Of a stretch of 64,000 nucleotides of DNA, positions 47,793 to 56,761 are shown piece by piece (within the stretch, counting starts at the first letter, position 1; each line of letters opens with the position of its first letter). Made by a program: the position numbers and the translations under genes. The notes under the pieces were generated by a model, which was not told the DNA's origin, made no database searches, and saw only the letters and a list, made by a program, of their open reading frames with translations. Source of the DNA: Limnochordia bacterium. Its GTDB lineage: Bacteria > Bacillota > Limnochordia > DTU080. The DNA lies in contig JBMNJG010000011.1 of assembly GCA_050951545.1 (NCBI GenBank), positions 160,001-224,000 on the forward strand, written 5' to 3'.

Positions 47793-48013
47793 TGAGTGCA
47801 AGAGAGTTCCTAGGTTCCGAGGCATTTTTCCCCTATCTGTGGGCGACATCGATGACAGTAACGTTCAACATAGTTAGCGGAAGAAAAAGGCCTTTCACGA
47901 GTCTTGGCCAGCGACTGCGTGTAAGTCTATTCTGGTTCTGTACGAGCTGGCTAATCGGGAGGTTCTGCGTCAAGCCGACCGATCCGTGGCTACCGCGACT
48001 GTTGAGGCAGTAA
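47792..48013 (+). CDS. Small basic membrane protein, candidate immunity protein
   Basis: TGATG coupling to the precursor; 73 aa, two hydrophobic stretches. Confidence 0.5.
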   Translation: MSAREFLGSEAFFPYLWATSMTVTFNIVSGRKRPFTSLGQRLRVSLFWFCTSWLIGRFCVKPTDPWLPRLLRQ

Positions 48014-48032
48014 GGGAAGCTTGGTACAGGTC

Positions 48033-48086
48033 GCCAGTGTAAACTGGCACCACGTGGCGGTGACCGTGTAAGCGGTCACCGCCACG
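48033..48086 (+). terminator. Tandem hairpins between convergent genes
   Basis: 6-bp stem 48033-48048 and 14-bp perfect stem 48053-48086, both with GTAA loops. Confidence 0.65.
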
Positions 48087-48101
48087 CCTGCTTTCTGGGG
48101 C

Positions 48102-48464
48102 TCACTTGCGACGCTCGGGTCGAACCTCCACTTTCTTCAGTATAGAGACGAACTCTTGATCCCGCTTGAGGCTATCAAGCAGCACTTCCCCAAGTATCTC
48201 GCATGCGTCTAGCACTTTTGGGCTACTGAGGCGGTAATACACACTAGGTCCTTCTCGGCGCGTCTGCACCAAGCGCCTCTGACGCAGAACACCTAAGTGC
48301 TGAGACAAGTTAGATTTGGCCATCTCCATAAGCTGAGACAGCTCGTCTACCGACTTCTCTCCGTCCCGCAGGTGGTAGACGATCTCGAGACGCTTGGAGT
48401 TGGATAAGGCTTTACATATTTCAGCATGCAGCTCGAATAGACGACGCCGTTCGGCATCAATCAT
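48102..48464 (-). CDS. ArsR/SmtB family transcriptional regulator
   Basis: KALSNSKRLEI..L..GEKSV.EL, SNLSQHL.VLR, RREG..VYY; GGAGGTG RBS before ATG 48464. Confidence 0.92.
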   Translation of the reverse strand: MIDAERRRLFELHAEICKALSNSKRLEIVYHLRDGEKSVDELSQLMEMAKSNLSQHLGVLRQRRLVQTRREGPSVYYRLSSPKVLDACEILGEVLLDSLKRDQEFVSILKKVEVRPERRK

Positions 48465-48492
48465 TGCGCTCACCTCCCGGCTCGCAAGGCGC

Positions 48493-49617
48493 TCACCGTC
48501 TACACCGCAGGTAGTCGTCTTTCGCCTCCAGTGTGGAGTAGTCGCCCAAGGGGAAGGTGACAGGTTCGCCTAAGGCAGCTGATTTGTAGATGGCTAGGAT
48601 CATCTCAACCGCCCTGAATCCCGCTTCAGCATCTACATAGGGCTTGCCTCCCGTACGTACCGCGTCGGCGAAATCCTTGTAGAGAGGGGAGTGGCCCTTG
48701 CCATACACCGAATCGACCTTTTGCGAGGCTCCATCTGTCTCTGTACAAGAGTTGCTCTGGGCAGTGACCAGCTTCTCCACCTTGTTCACTGCAACGCCGC
48801 CCAGGCAACAGGTGCCCGTTGAGCCAAAGATGTTCAGTGTCTCTTCGAGGTTTGTAGGATAGATGCATGTGGTGCCTTCGATGATACCCATGGCACCGTC
48901 ACGAAAGCGGACGACTGCCAGAGCCGTGTCCTCAGCCTCTATGGAGCGGAGGAAGGTGTCTGTCTCTGCATAGACCCGCTCCGCATCGCCGAGCATCCAC
49001 AGCAGAAGGTCAATACCGTGAATGGACTGGTTCATGAGGCAGCCTCCGTCTTGCGCGTAGGTACCTCGCCAGTCGTCCGCACGGTAGTAGCTATCATCGC
49101 GGCTCCAGCGAACGTTGATAGTGCCATACAGCAGTCGGCCCATTTCGCCTGCTTCCAGCCTGCGACGCAACAGCTGTACGGGAGGGTTGAAGCGATTCTG
49201 GTGGCATAGGCCCAGCCTCAGATTGCGGGCCTCGGCGACTGCCTTCATACGCCGCGCATCCCTTGTGTCTAGGGCCATCGGCTTTTCCACCAGAACATGC
49301 TTACCAGCCTCGAGTGCATCTAAGGCGATTCTGGCGTGTGACCCGCTATCCGTTGCGATGGCCACAATATCGATAGAGGGGTTGTCGAGCAGGCGACGGT
49401 AGTCTTGAACCACCCCGACAGGCTCTGGTGCCACGTCAGTGGCGCTCTGCGATAGTTTCTGCAGGTATCGGTGACGCAGGGCCTCGGCCTTATCTTGGTT
49501 GATGTCACACGTAGAAACAAGACGTAGGTCGCGGTGATGGTCGGCGAGAGCTGAGACATGGTTAGGTGCGACACGGCCGCAGCCAATAAGCGCTACGCCA
49601 AGTCGGCGATTAGACAA
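48493..49617 (-). CDS. Gfo/Idh/MocA oxidoreductase, WlbA/WbpB-like NDP-sugar 3-dehydrogenase
   Basis: LIGCGR, VEKPMAL, HQNRFNP, WRGT...DGGCLMNQSIH.IDLL; AAGGAG + TTG 49617. Confidence 0.85.
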   Translation of the reverse strand: MSNRRLGVALIGCGRVAPNHVSALADHHRDLRLVSTCDINQDKAEALRHRYLQKLSQSATDVAPEPVGVVQDYRRLLDNPSIDIVAIATDSGSHARIALDALEAGKHVLVEKPMALDTRDARRMKAVAEARNLRLGLCHQNRFNPPVQLLRRRLEAGEMGRLLYGTINVRWSRDDSYYRADDWRGTYAQDGGCLMNQSIHGIDLLLWMLGDAERVYAETDTFLRSIEAEDTALAVVRFRDGAMGIIEGTTCIYPTNLEETLNIFGSTGTCCLGGVAVNKVEKLVTAQSNSCTETDGASQKVDSVYGKGHSPLYKDFADAVRTGGKPYVDAEAGFRAVEMILAIYKSAALGEPVTFPLGDYSTLEAKDDYLRCRR

Positions 49618-49665
49618 GTGCGGTACTCTCCTTTCGGTAGCTCGTGCTGTGTGTTCCCCTTGATT

Positions 49666-49682
49666 AGTTAATAAACTTAACT
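49666..49682. promoter_or_regulatory. AT-rich inverted repeat, candidate ArsR operator
   Basis: AGTTAA-5 nt-TTAACT just upstream of the Gfo-arsR operon. Confidence 0.35.
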
Positions 49683-49861
49683 GACTGCATTCGGCATGCA
49701 AGTGACTCTCACAGGTTTGACACGCGGAGGTGTTCTCCTGCTAGAGATGGGACAGACTAGAGGTGGAATACCTGGGAGTCCTGGTCTGTGGGTGGCTCAC
49801 CATGGTGAGCCACCCACAGACCACGAGTGAAGCGGACGAACTTAAGGAAGGAGCCTTACGT

Positions 49862-50077
49862 GTGGATACCTACCCTTTCGCCGACTTAGACCAATCTGAT
49901 CTCGAAGAGGTACGGAAGCTTGAGTCGAGGCTTACACAGAAACGGCGTCGTGAAGTCATACTCATCGCCTACTGTACGGAGCAGGAACGGAGAGACGGTT
50001 CCCTGGAATCCTACTATTCGGATCCCACCGCATATGGTGCTTTGGCGACCGCCCAAGAGAGTGGTCTGCGGACTTAG
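49862..50077 (+). CDS. Small hypothetical protein
   Basis: AAGGAG + GTG; ADL...L..V.KLE..L...VILIAY pattern that I recall from small Bacillota proteins. Confidence 0.6.
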   Translation: MDTYPFADLDQSDLEEVRKLESRLTQKRRREVILIAYCTEQERRDGSLESYYSDPTAYGALATAQESGLRT

Positions 50078-50089
50078 GGAGATGGTGCA

Positions 50090-50782
50090 TTAGGGATCAT
50101 TTCCCTTGAGCTTCCTTGCCAAGCGACGGATGTCATCGTCACTCACCTGATCAAGCCAGGCCTCCAGAGGGTTATTCTCTGGCATGGCCTGGCATTTGCT
50201 TTTGCGTGGAGCAGACACCTTGGGCCTGATGGCGCCGTTACGCTTAGGCGAAGGGTTGATGGAGCCATTGGGGCGCGGCAGCTGGCGCAGCTTGTCCAGT
50301 ATGTCTGGAGAGAGATGATCAGAGACAGTTGCGGTCGCGTTCGTATCTGTAAGGCGTTCGGGCGATGGGGTGGCTGGTTGCTGTCGGGGCTTGCGGCGTC
50401 GCCGCCTATCTCGGCGAGTCCGAGCGGCGCGTAGGGGCGACTCCTGGATATCAACGGCAGGCTTTGGTACGGCTGGTTTGCTGCCCATCTCCTGTGTGAG
50501 TCCGCGCTGTAGCAGCCAGCTCTTGACGGTTTCGGGTTCGGAGGTGACCACGAAGACTTCCTGAATACTGGATGGGCTGCGCGCCAGGAGTTTCAGCCCG
50601 CTAGTGGTGAAGTATTGCACAGTGATGTTGCGATCACCAGCACGACGGTTCGCACTAATGCGTCCCGGGTTGATCTGGGCTATAGCCGGGTGCTCAGCCA
50701 TGGCCTCGAGGACTGGCAAGAGCCCCTCAATGATGCTGTGCATGCGTTTCACCTTGTTGGTGCGATAGCGCGGTTCTGCCAA
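50090..50782 (-). CDS. DUF2103-like domain with basic disordered tail
   Basis: KRMHSIIEGL, INPGRI, SGLKLLARS..SIQEVFVVT; TTG start inferred. Confidence 0.65.
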   Translation of the reverse strand: MAEPRYRTNKVKRMHSIIEGLLPVLEAMAEHPAIAQINPGRISANRRAGDRNITVQYFTTSGLKLLARSPSSIQEVFVVTSEPETVKSWLLQRGLTQEMGSKPAVPKPAVDIQESPLRAARTRRDRRRRRKPRQQPATPSPERLTDTNATATVSDHLSPDILDKLRQLPRPNGSINPSPKRNGAIRPKVSAPRKSKCQAMPENNPLEAWLDQVSDDDIRRLARKLKGNDP

Positions 50783-50938
50783 GACGACGCTCCCATAGGA
50801 AACCTGTTTCAGATATTGTAACCGATTGCGCTTGGATTGCACAAACTGATGCAGGCGTCGTCTCTCAGTGCTTGCCCTCGTGCACTGGCACTGGTGGGAA
50901 AAAAGGATGTCCAGGGCCAGGCGCCGAAATACCTTCCC

Positions 50939-51016
50939 GCCGACCGCACCTGGGCGCCCGTCCGGCCACGCACTACGAAGATGAAGGGCGCTCATGTCGA
51001 TGACGAAACGTAGAAG
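50939..51016 (+). repeat. Dispersed structured leader element, copy 2
   Basis: Homologous to 6144-6236; TGGGCGCCC/GGGCGCTCA stem with one G-U. Confidence 0.7.
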
Positions 51017-51045
51017 CCCATGACATGAGAGGAGGCGATGTGCGA

Positions 51046-53325
51046 GTGAAATGCGGCAAGCAGCAGTCTTGGCATGAGGCCGCACAGGATCTGCGCACAA
51101 AGCTCTCTCGCTATGCGGCCAAGCCCCGGTTCAACGATGAGTTTGAGGAAGCGTTTGTGTTCTTCTTTGGGGAAGGCCCTGACGAGATGCAAGATGAGCT
51201 GGAGCCGGCAGCCTTTGGCCGTTTCATGGAGTGGTTTGTCCATGATTACCGCCTAAGCCATGGTCACCGGCTGATCGAGCTTTTCGGCATGGAGTTTGCC
51301 ACGGAGCTGCCTTGTCGTAAGCGTCATTTGCTGGAGGCCTGGCAGAAATCCAGAATGACATTATTTGAGATCGAGACCATGGCGCGAGGCGTGGCCGAGG
51401 CGCGTGATCTGGTGTTGGGTGGTGAGTACTCCATCCTTCTGCCTGCACCTGCCAACGTGCAGGGAATCCCGGTGACAGGGCGTTTGCTTGTGGGGCGTTT
51501 GCTTCGTGTAGGTGAGCTATGGGAGATGCCATATGGCGTAGCTGTGTTTCCTTCATCCTATCGCGAACGTTTCTTGCAGATCTTGCGTGGCGAGTATCGT
51601 CGCTACAAAAGAAGCAGAGGTGGCGATTGGGGCGAATTTCTGCAAGAGCAAGGGTTTGTGTTCAATGACCTGATCGAGAACCTCGATGATGAGATGGCTA
51701 CGGGTGGTAGGCAGACTCGCTTCCGTGTGCGCGCTTTCTTTGACGTGGTGGATATGAACGTATGCGTGAAAGGCATGTGTGATGCGGTCGGCGGCGCGCT
51801 CCCTTGCCGACAGCTCAGGGAGCTAGAGGGAGCATCGGAGGCGGTGACTTGGCCTGACATGCCCGGGAGCCTCCGCTTGTGTAATGACCGGCTGGAGCTT
51901 ACGTGCTTTTCGCCAGAGGAGATGGACATAGCCAAACAAATCGTGGCGTCCAGGTTGGGTGGTGCCGTGTCCCATCGTCTGGATGCTATCGAGCGGTACA
52001 GCGATTCCGAGGCCAGGCCTGCCCCACTGTTGCGACCAGGTCTTGTTGGGCAGTCTTCGCGAGAGTCGCCAGGCCAAAGGGTTCCATTGGCTTGGCGAGC
52101 TGCGCATACGTGCTCAGAGACGGCGGCAACGTGTGATGCATCTGCTGGTGCCGATGCTGTAACGAACGCTGATGGGGAGTCCGGCCCAAGACAGCAGAAG
52201 CTGTGCTCCGCAGACCCTCCCATCCCGGCTGCCGCGAGTACGCCAGACTGCTACAGTGAGGGGCAGCGCCAGGTGGCCAACCGTTTCTGCAAGACGCTGA
52301 TGCAGACAGGGGCAAGCGATGCCCATCTGGATAGCGCGCTGTGGCTCTGGTCCGATTTCTGTCGCGTCGAGCACCCACGTATCAGGAAGGCTCCCGCTTG
52401 GGCGGCAGCAGTTCACGCCTCACTCGGTCGGGTCGAAGGCTGGCGGCTGCGCGTCTCGGCTTTGGCTAGGCTATACGGAGCGAACCCCACTTCCGTCAGC
52501 CGGAATGCAGCGCTCATTGCCGCCGCACTCGGTGTACAGAAGTTCGATGATCGCTACTGCGTTGAGCATCCAGTTGATGGCCTTCTTAAGCGCCTGGGCA
52601 CCATCGCAGAACAGGACATGTCAGCACAGGCAGAGGAGCTGTTTGGTGCTGGGGTCCTGACTGAACAGACAGAGCTGACCCAGCGTCTGGTTGCGTTGCG
52701 TAATGTGGTGATCACCTATGCTCAGGGAATGGAGCAGCTCTCTCGCAGGGCCCACGAGCAGTTCTTTCAGCAGGTTGGCTGTTCGCCCGATGATACTTTC
52801 TGGCATGATTGCTTCGTCGATTGGTTTCATTTTGATTGGGCGATCCCGGTCCGAGGTGGGCGCACGGTGTTGGAGCAGGCACTGGAGGAGGGAAACCTAG
52901 CCGCCCCTGATGCAGAGCACTTGGCAGGGTGGCGCGATTGTCACCCGGCGTACTATATCGTGGAGGCTGTGCCACCGTTTCCCTCGGAAAACCAAGAAGC
53001 TCTCGTGGAGATCAGACTTCGCATGCTGGGAGCTGAGGGACGCATGACGGTAGTCTGGCCTCTGCCTGTCGATTCGCTGCGAAGAGGCGATGTGCTTCTG
53101 GCCCGCCTGGTGCCTCTCAACGGTGTCATGACCAGTGTGGGCCATGCGTTGCACTTTAGTGCGACTCTTGCACCTGCAGTCAAGCGGCGTCTGGATGAGG
53201 AGCGCGCACTGTTGGAGCAGTGGAACGGATGCAAGATGAGGTGGGAAGACATATCAGCCCGTTACGCTGAGAGGTTGTATGCCATCGCCTACCGTGCGGC
53301 GCGCGGCTTTCCTGACGAGCTCTAG
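51046..53325 (+). CDS. Large hypothetical protein with internal domain duplication (YccF-like)
   Basis: AGGAGG RBS; FMEWFVHD..RLIELF and FVDWFHFD..RTVLEQ repeats; HTH-like LARLYGANPTSVSR. Confidence 0.6.
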   Translation: MKCGKQQSWHEAAQDLRTKLSRYAAKPRFNDEFEEAFVFFFGEGPDEMQDELEPAAFGRFMEWFVHDYRLSHGHRLIELFGMEFATELPCRKRHLLEAWQKSRMTLFEIETMARGVAEARDLVLGGEYSILLPAPANVQGIPVTGRLLVGRLLRVGELWEMPYGVAVFPSSYRERFLQILRGEYRRYKRSRGGDWGEFLQEQGFVFNDLIENLDDEMATGGRQTRFRVRAFFDVVDMNVCVKGMCDAVGGALPCRQLRELEGASEAVTWPDMPGSLRLCNDRLELTCFSPEEMDIAKQIVASRLGGAVSHRLDAIERYSDSEARPAPLLRPGLVGQSSRESPGQRVPLAWRAAHTCSETAATCDASAGADAVTNADGESGPRQQKLCSADPPIPAAASTPDCYSEGQRQVANRFCKTLMQTGASDAHLDSALWLWSDFCRVEHPRIRKAPAWAAAVHASLGRVEGWRLRVSALARLYGANPTSVSRNAALIAAALGVQKFDDRYCVEHPVDGLLKRLGTIAEQDMSAQAEELFGAGVLTEQTELTQRLVALRNVVITYAQGMEQLSRRAHEQFFQQVGCSPDDTFWHDCFVDWFHFDWAIPVRGGRTVLEQALEEGNLAAPDAEHLAGWRDCHPAYYIVEAVPPFPSENQEALVEIRLRMLGAEGRMTVVWPLPVDSLRRGDVLLARLVPLNGVMTSVGHALHFSATLAPAVKRRLDEERALLEQWNGCKMRWEDISARYAERLYAIAYRAARGFPDEL

Positions 53326-53412
53326 GCTTTTCTCGTTGCCCTTGCGGGAGTACGTGTATCGGCAGGCAACATGCTGCACAGCGCAACCCCTTTTTCCAGG
53401 GAGGATCTTTCC

Positions 53413-54207
53413 ATGAGCCTCATCTACCCCCTGGCACTTGCAGGGATTTATGTGCTTGCCAGGGGCTTTTTCGTAGAACCGTACAGCTTGTCTTTGCATC
53501 ACAAAGAGGTGTCGATTGCCGATTTGCCGCTCGAACTGGACGGCATGCGTCTGCTGCATCTCACTGATCTGCACCTACGGGCGGACGAAAAGTACGAGGA
53601 GAAGCTTCTTTCCTTGGTTGCAGAGGCCAGACCTGACCTAATTCTTCTCACGGGCGATTATGTAGACCACCCAAAGAGGCTCTTTTCTCTTCGCGAGATG
53701 GCCACTGCTCTGACAGCTACGCATCAGGTGGTCGCCGTGCTTGGAGATAATGACCTGGAGGAGCCAGCCCCTATTCAGCGTACGCTTGAAGAAGCTGGTA
53801 TCACGGTGTTGCGCAATGAGAGCATTCCCTTCCATCGAGAGGGAGCGACGCTCTATGTGGCGGGCATCGATGACCCGCGTTTTCCTTCGAGTGATCTGGC
53901 TGGTGCTCTTGCCACAACCCGCTCGTCTCCTTGTGTTCTACTATCACACTCCGCCGAGGTGTTCGCAGAAGCGGAGGCTGCGGGCGTGGATCTGTTGCTT
54001 TGTGGGCACACTCACGGCGGCCAAGTGTGCCTGCCGTACTGGGGAGCGCTTTATACCAACGATCGTTTGGGCAGGCGTTACGCATCGGGCCTCATCCGCC
54101 AGGGCAAGCTGCACATCCATGTGAGCACTGGTGTAGGCTACGCTAAGCTACCGATACGGCTGTTCTGTCCACCCGAAATCGTCTGCCTTACGCTACGTAG
54201 CTCGTAG
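53413..54207 (+). CDS. Calcineurin-like metallophosphoesterase (YkuE-like)
   Basis: TDLH, LTGD, LGDND, LSH, GHTHGGQ, IRLFCPPEI. Confidence 0.9.
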   Translation: MSLIYPLALAGIYVLARGFFVEPYSLSLHHKEVSIADLPLELDGMRLLHLTDLHLRADEKYEEKLLSLVAEARPDLILLTGDYVDHPKRLFSLREMATALTATHQVVAVLGDNDLEEPAPIQRTLEEAGITVLRNESIPFHREGATLYVAGIDDPRFPSSDLAGALATTRSSPCVLLSHSAEVFAEAEAAGVDLLLCGHTHGGQVCLPYWGALYTNDRLGRRYASGLIRQGKLHIHVSTGVGYAKLPIRLFCPPEIVCLTLRSS

Positions 54208-54225
54208 AGTTGTGGAGGGTCCCTG

Positions 54226-55338
54226 TCACCTTTGTGTGGGCGAATCCTCTTCGGGATCATGCTCAGGGTCATGGTCTTTTGGCTGGAGCAGGTCGAATTC
54301 TGCGCCGTATCCCTTCGGAGGACCCTGAGGACGTCTGAAGGACCGTGGAGGGAGTGGGCGCATGCGCGGGGGCAACTCGACGGGAATGCGTCCGGGCATG
54401 TCAGGGGGCGCGCCTAAGGCAGTGACTCGTGGATCACGCAGGCCAGGTATGGCTAGAAGTGAATCGTGGAGGCGCTCAGCATCGATAGGGTCCACATGGG
54501 CTTGGATCGTTGCTCGACCCTCGGCCTCGTCCAGCTCGATGTCTTCGACAACAGTCTGCGGCATGGACAGGCGGCGCATGGCCATCATGCGGATGATGGA
54601 GGCGATGGCATCTGGCCATCGGTAGCGGAAGACCACCCAGAGCACCGCGTTCTGCGCGGCCCGAAGGTACATGCTGACTAAGAACCCCGAGAAAGCCCAC
54701 ACCCAACCCCCGCCCAGGGTGAGCAGACCAGCGAAATTAGTCCAGCCTTCATCGGTGAGGCGGGGCAATACTGCTGCCACCAGATATAGCGACCAGCCCA
54801 TGACGGTGGCGAAGACCTCCACGGCAGAGACCCTCCACCATAGGATGCGTCGTGTCTTCCCTTCACTTAGGTAGTGACGTCTTCTTCGGGCGTAGAAGAT
54901 GCCGACAAGCACCAATGCGACGAGGTTTATGCCAACTCGGGGCATGTAGCTGCGAATTTGCTGTAAGCTGGTGCCGAAGATCTCCGCACCATAGACTGGT
55001 GAATCGGTGAAGATCATGACGAAGCGCACCCACAGGGAGTACAGCAAGTGGAGGAACGGCACAGCCAGTATGGTAATCCCGCTAGCCAATGCGCCCGCAA
55101 CAAGATGCCACTGGCCTGGCGAAAACGCAGCAAGGCCGTCGCTCATTACCTGATTGACCTCGGGGTCGCTGACGCGGTGCACGAGTTGTCTACCCGTCAT
55201 GCTCGTCTCGACCTCGTAGAAAGCGTATACAAGCTTTCTCACACAAAAGGAGATCAGCTTGTAGAGCACCAAGAGCGTCAATAGAAAACCCAGCCAGGAA
55301 AGGATCACGGACCTACCTCCTTGGGCCAGAAAAGACAC
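54226..55338 (-). CDS. Hypothetical multi-pass membrane protein
   Basis: 370 aa ORF, several TM segments, Pro-rich tail. Confidence 0.6.
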   Translation of the reverse strand: MSFLAQGGRSVILSWLGFLLTLLVLYKLISFCVRKLVYAFYEVETSMTGRQLVHRVSDPEVNQVMSDGLAAFSPGQWHLVAGALASGITILAVPFLHLLYSLWVRFVMIFTDSPVYGAEIFGTSLQQIRSYMPRVGINLVALVLVGIFYARRRRHYLSEGKTRRILWWRVSAVEVFATVMGWSLYLVAAVLPRLTDEGWTNFAGLLTLGGGWVWAFSGFLVSMYLRAAQNAVLWVVFRYRWPDAIASIIRMMAMRRLSMPQTVVEDIELDEAEGRATIQAHVDPIDAERLHDSLLAIPGLRDPRVTALGAPPDMPGRIPVELPPRMRPLPPRSFRRPQGPPKGYGAEFDLLQPKDHDPEHDPEEDSPTQR

Positions 55339-55369
55339 GCTGTCCTTCTTCTCGGTTCTGTTGGAGGTT

Positions 55370-55396
55370 ATTCTCTTGCGTGGCCGCTGTACCTGC
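55370..55396 (-). promoter_or_regulatory. SigH-like promoter
   Basis: GCAGGT-17 nt-GAAT on minus strand. Confidence 0.5.
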
Positions 55397-55422
55397 GTTG
55401 ATTTCTAGGAGAGAGGTGCCTC

Positions 55423-56256
55423 GTGCGCATCGGTTGTCACCTAAGCATAAGCAAGGGTTTCGTAGCGATGCTCCGCCTAGCTGAGGAGCTGGGCGCCGAT
55501 ATCGTGCAGTATTTCCCCAAGAACCCGAGGAGCTTTAGGCTCAAGCTTTTCGAGCCCTCCCTGTTACAGGAGGCATACGAGGAAACGAAGGAACTAGGCA
55601 TCGAGACTGTTGCTCATTCGCCCTATGTAACCAATCTCTCGACTAGTGATCGTGAGCTGCGAGAGACAAGCATCTCTTCCATCGCAAACGATCTGGAGAT
55701 TGCTGAAGCCTATCATTCACCCGGACTGGTTGTACACTGTGGAAAGCATGTGGGCCAAGGTGAGCAGCGAGGCGTCGAGCTGATGGCTGACGCGCTGAAT
55801 GAGATCATGCAACGCTATGACGGCACGACACGGGTTCTGTTGGAGAACACGGCGGGGCAGGGAAGTGAACTCGGTCGTACGACCGACGAGCTGCTCGCTA
55901 TTCATGAGCGAGTCTCTTTTCCCGAGCGCGTCGGATTCTGCTTTGATACGTGCCATGCTTTCGCTGCAGGTGCCTTGGACTTCGAACGCTGGGCCGAAGT
56001 GCGTGCCGAACTGGGCAGGGATGAGTTCCGCAGCAAGGTGGGTTTGGTTCATCTCAATGATAGCATGGTACCCTTCGGAGCTAGAAAGGATCGCCATCAG
56101 CTCTTGGGTAAAGGAGAGATTGGTCCGGACGATCTCCAGCGTTTTCTCAGAGCGGATATCTTCCCGGGGATTGGGGTGGTCATTGAGACACCGGTCAAGC
56201 AAGAACGGGACTATGCGGAAGAGATTGCCAAGGCTATGCGATGGGTCGGTGGCTAG
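55423..56256 (+). CDS. nfo: Endonuclease IV
   Basis: IGCHLS, HSPYVTNL, LENTAGQGSELG, DTCHAFA, HLNDS, KDRH, ETP. Confidence 0.93.
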   Translation: MRIGCHLSISKGFVAMLRLAEELGADIVQYFPKNPRSFRLKLFEPSLLQEAYEETKELGIETVAHSPYVTNLSTSDRELRETSISSIANDLEIAEAYHSPGLVVHCGKHVGQGEQRGVELMADALNEIMQRYDGTTRVLLENTAGQGSELGRTTDELLAIHERVSFPERVGFCFDTCHAFAAGALDFERWAEVRAELGRDEFRSKVGLVHLNDSMVPFGARKDRHQLLGKGEIGPDDLQRFLRADIFPGIGVVIETPVKQERDYAEEIAKAMRWVGG

Positions 56257-56368
56257 GACCTTTGGAGGATTTCGTCGGGTTTCGGCGATGATGTGGAGGA
56301 AGCGTCCCCTCTTAACGAGAAAACCCTCTGTGAGCACACTGCTGCATCACGAGGGGGGTGTCCGTGCG

Positions 56369-56722
56369 ATGAAGGAACTCGGTGAATGGATGCGTCGCGA
56401 ACGCGAAGCGAGGGGATTCACATGCTCCCGGCTGGAGAAGGCGACGAAGATTAGCCAGCGCTACATCGAAGCCATGGAAGAAGGTCGATTTGAGCTTCTC
56501 CCAGAGGAGGCCTACAGGCGCGCTTTCATTCGTACATACGCCCGTGGCCTGGGCATGGACCCCGATCCCATTGTTGCACGTTACTGTGAGATAGCGGAAA
56601 GGGACAATAAGGAGGTCCAAACGCAGATGGCCGCGACTGTCCAGCCACCGGCGGCTCCCGAGCGTCTGGCGCGTACGCTACTCGCTGTCTTCAATGGTAC
56701 CATGGAATGGCTGGGCATGTGA
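56369..56722 (+). CDS. RodZ-like HTH_25 domain protein (short)
   Basis: ELGE..RRERE.RG, TKIS.RYIEA.EEG.F..LP...Y.RAFIRTYA..LG. Confidence 0.85.
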   Translation: MKELGEWMRREREARGFTCSRLEKATKISQRYIEAMEEGRFELLPEEAYRRAFIRTYARGLGMDPDPIVARYCEIAERDNKEVQTQMAATVQPPAAPERLARTLLAVFNGTMEWLGM

Positions 56723-56761
56723 GAGTGCTCATCACGTCGGTAGTGGGGAGAGTAGGCACGC

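Noticed and set aside
50939-50956. GCCGACCGCACCTGGGC resembles the 3' hairpin of a ZTP riboswitch
   Set aside because: The 5' GTGACTGGCG...GGGGAGC aptamer part is absent and the downstream gene is not purine/folate related
50783-51100. Upstream extension of the DUF2103-like ORF
   Set aside because: Runs through the intergenic leader and into the divergent gene; conserved motif starts near 50782
55799-56368. Long N-terminal extension of the HTH ORF
   Set aside because: Off-frame overlap with nfo; HTH motif begins at ATG 56369
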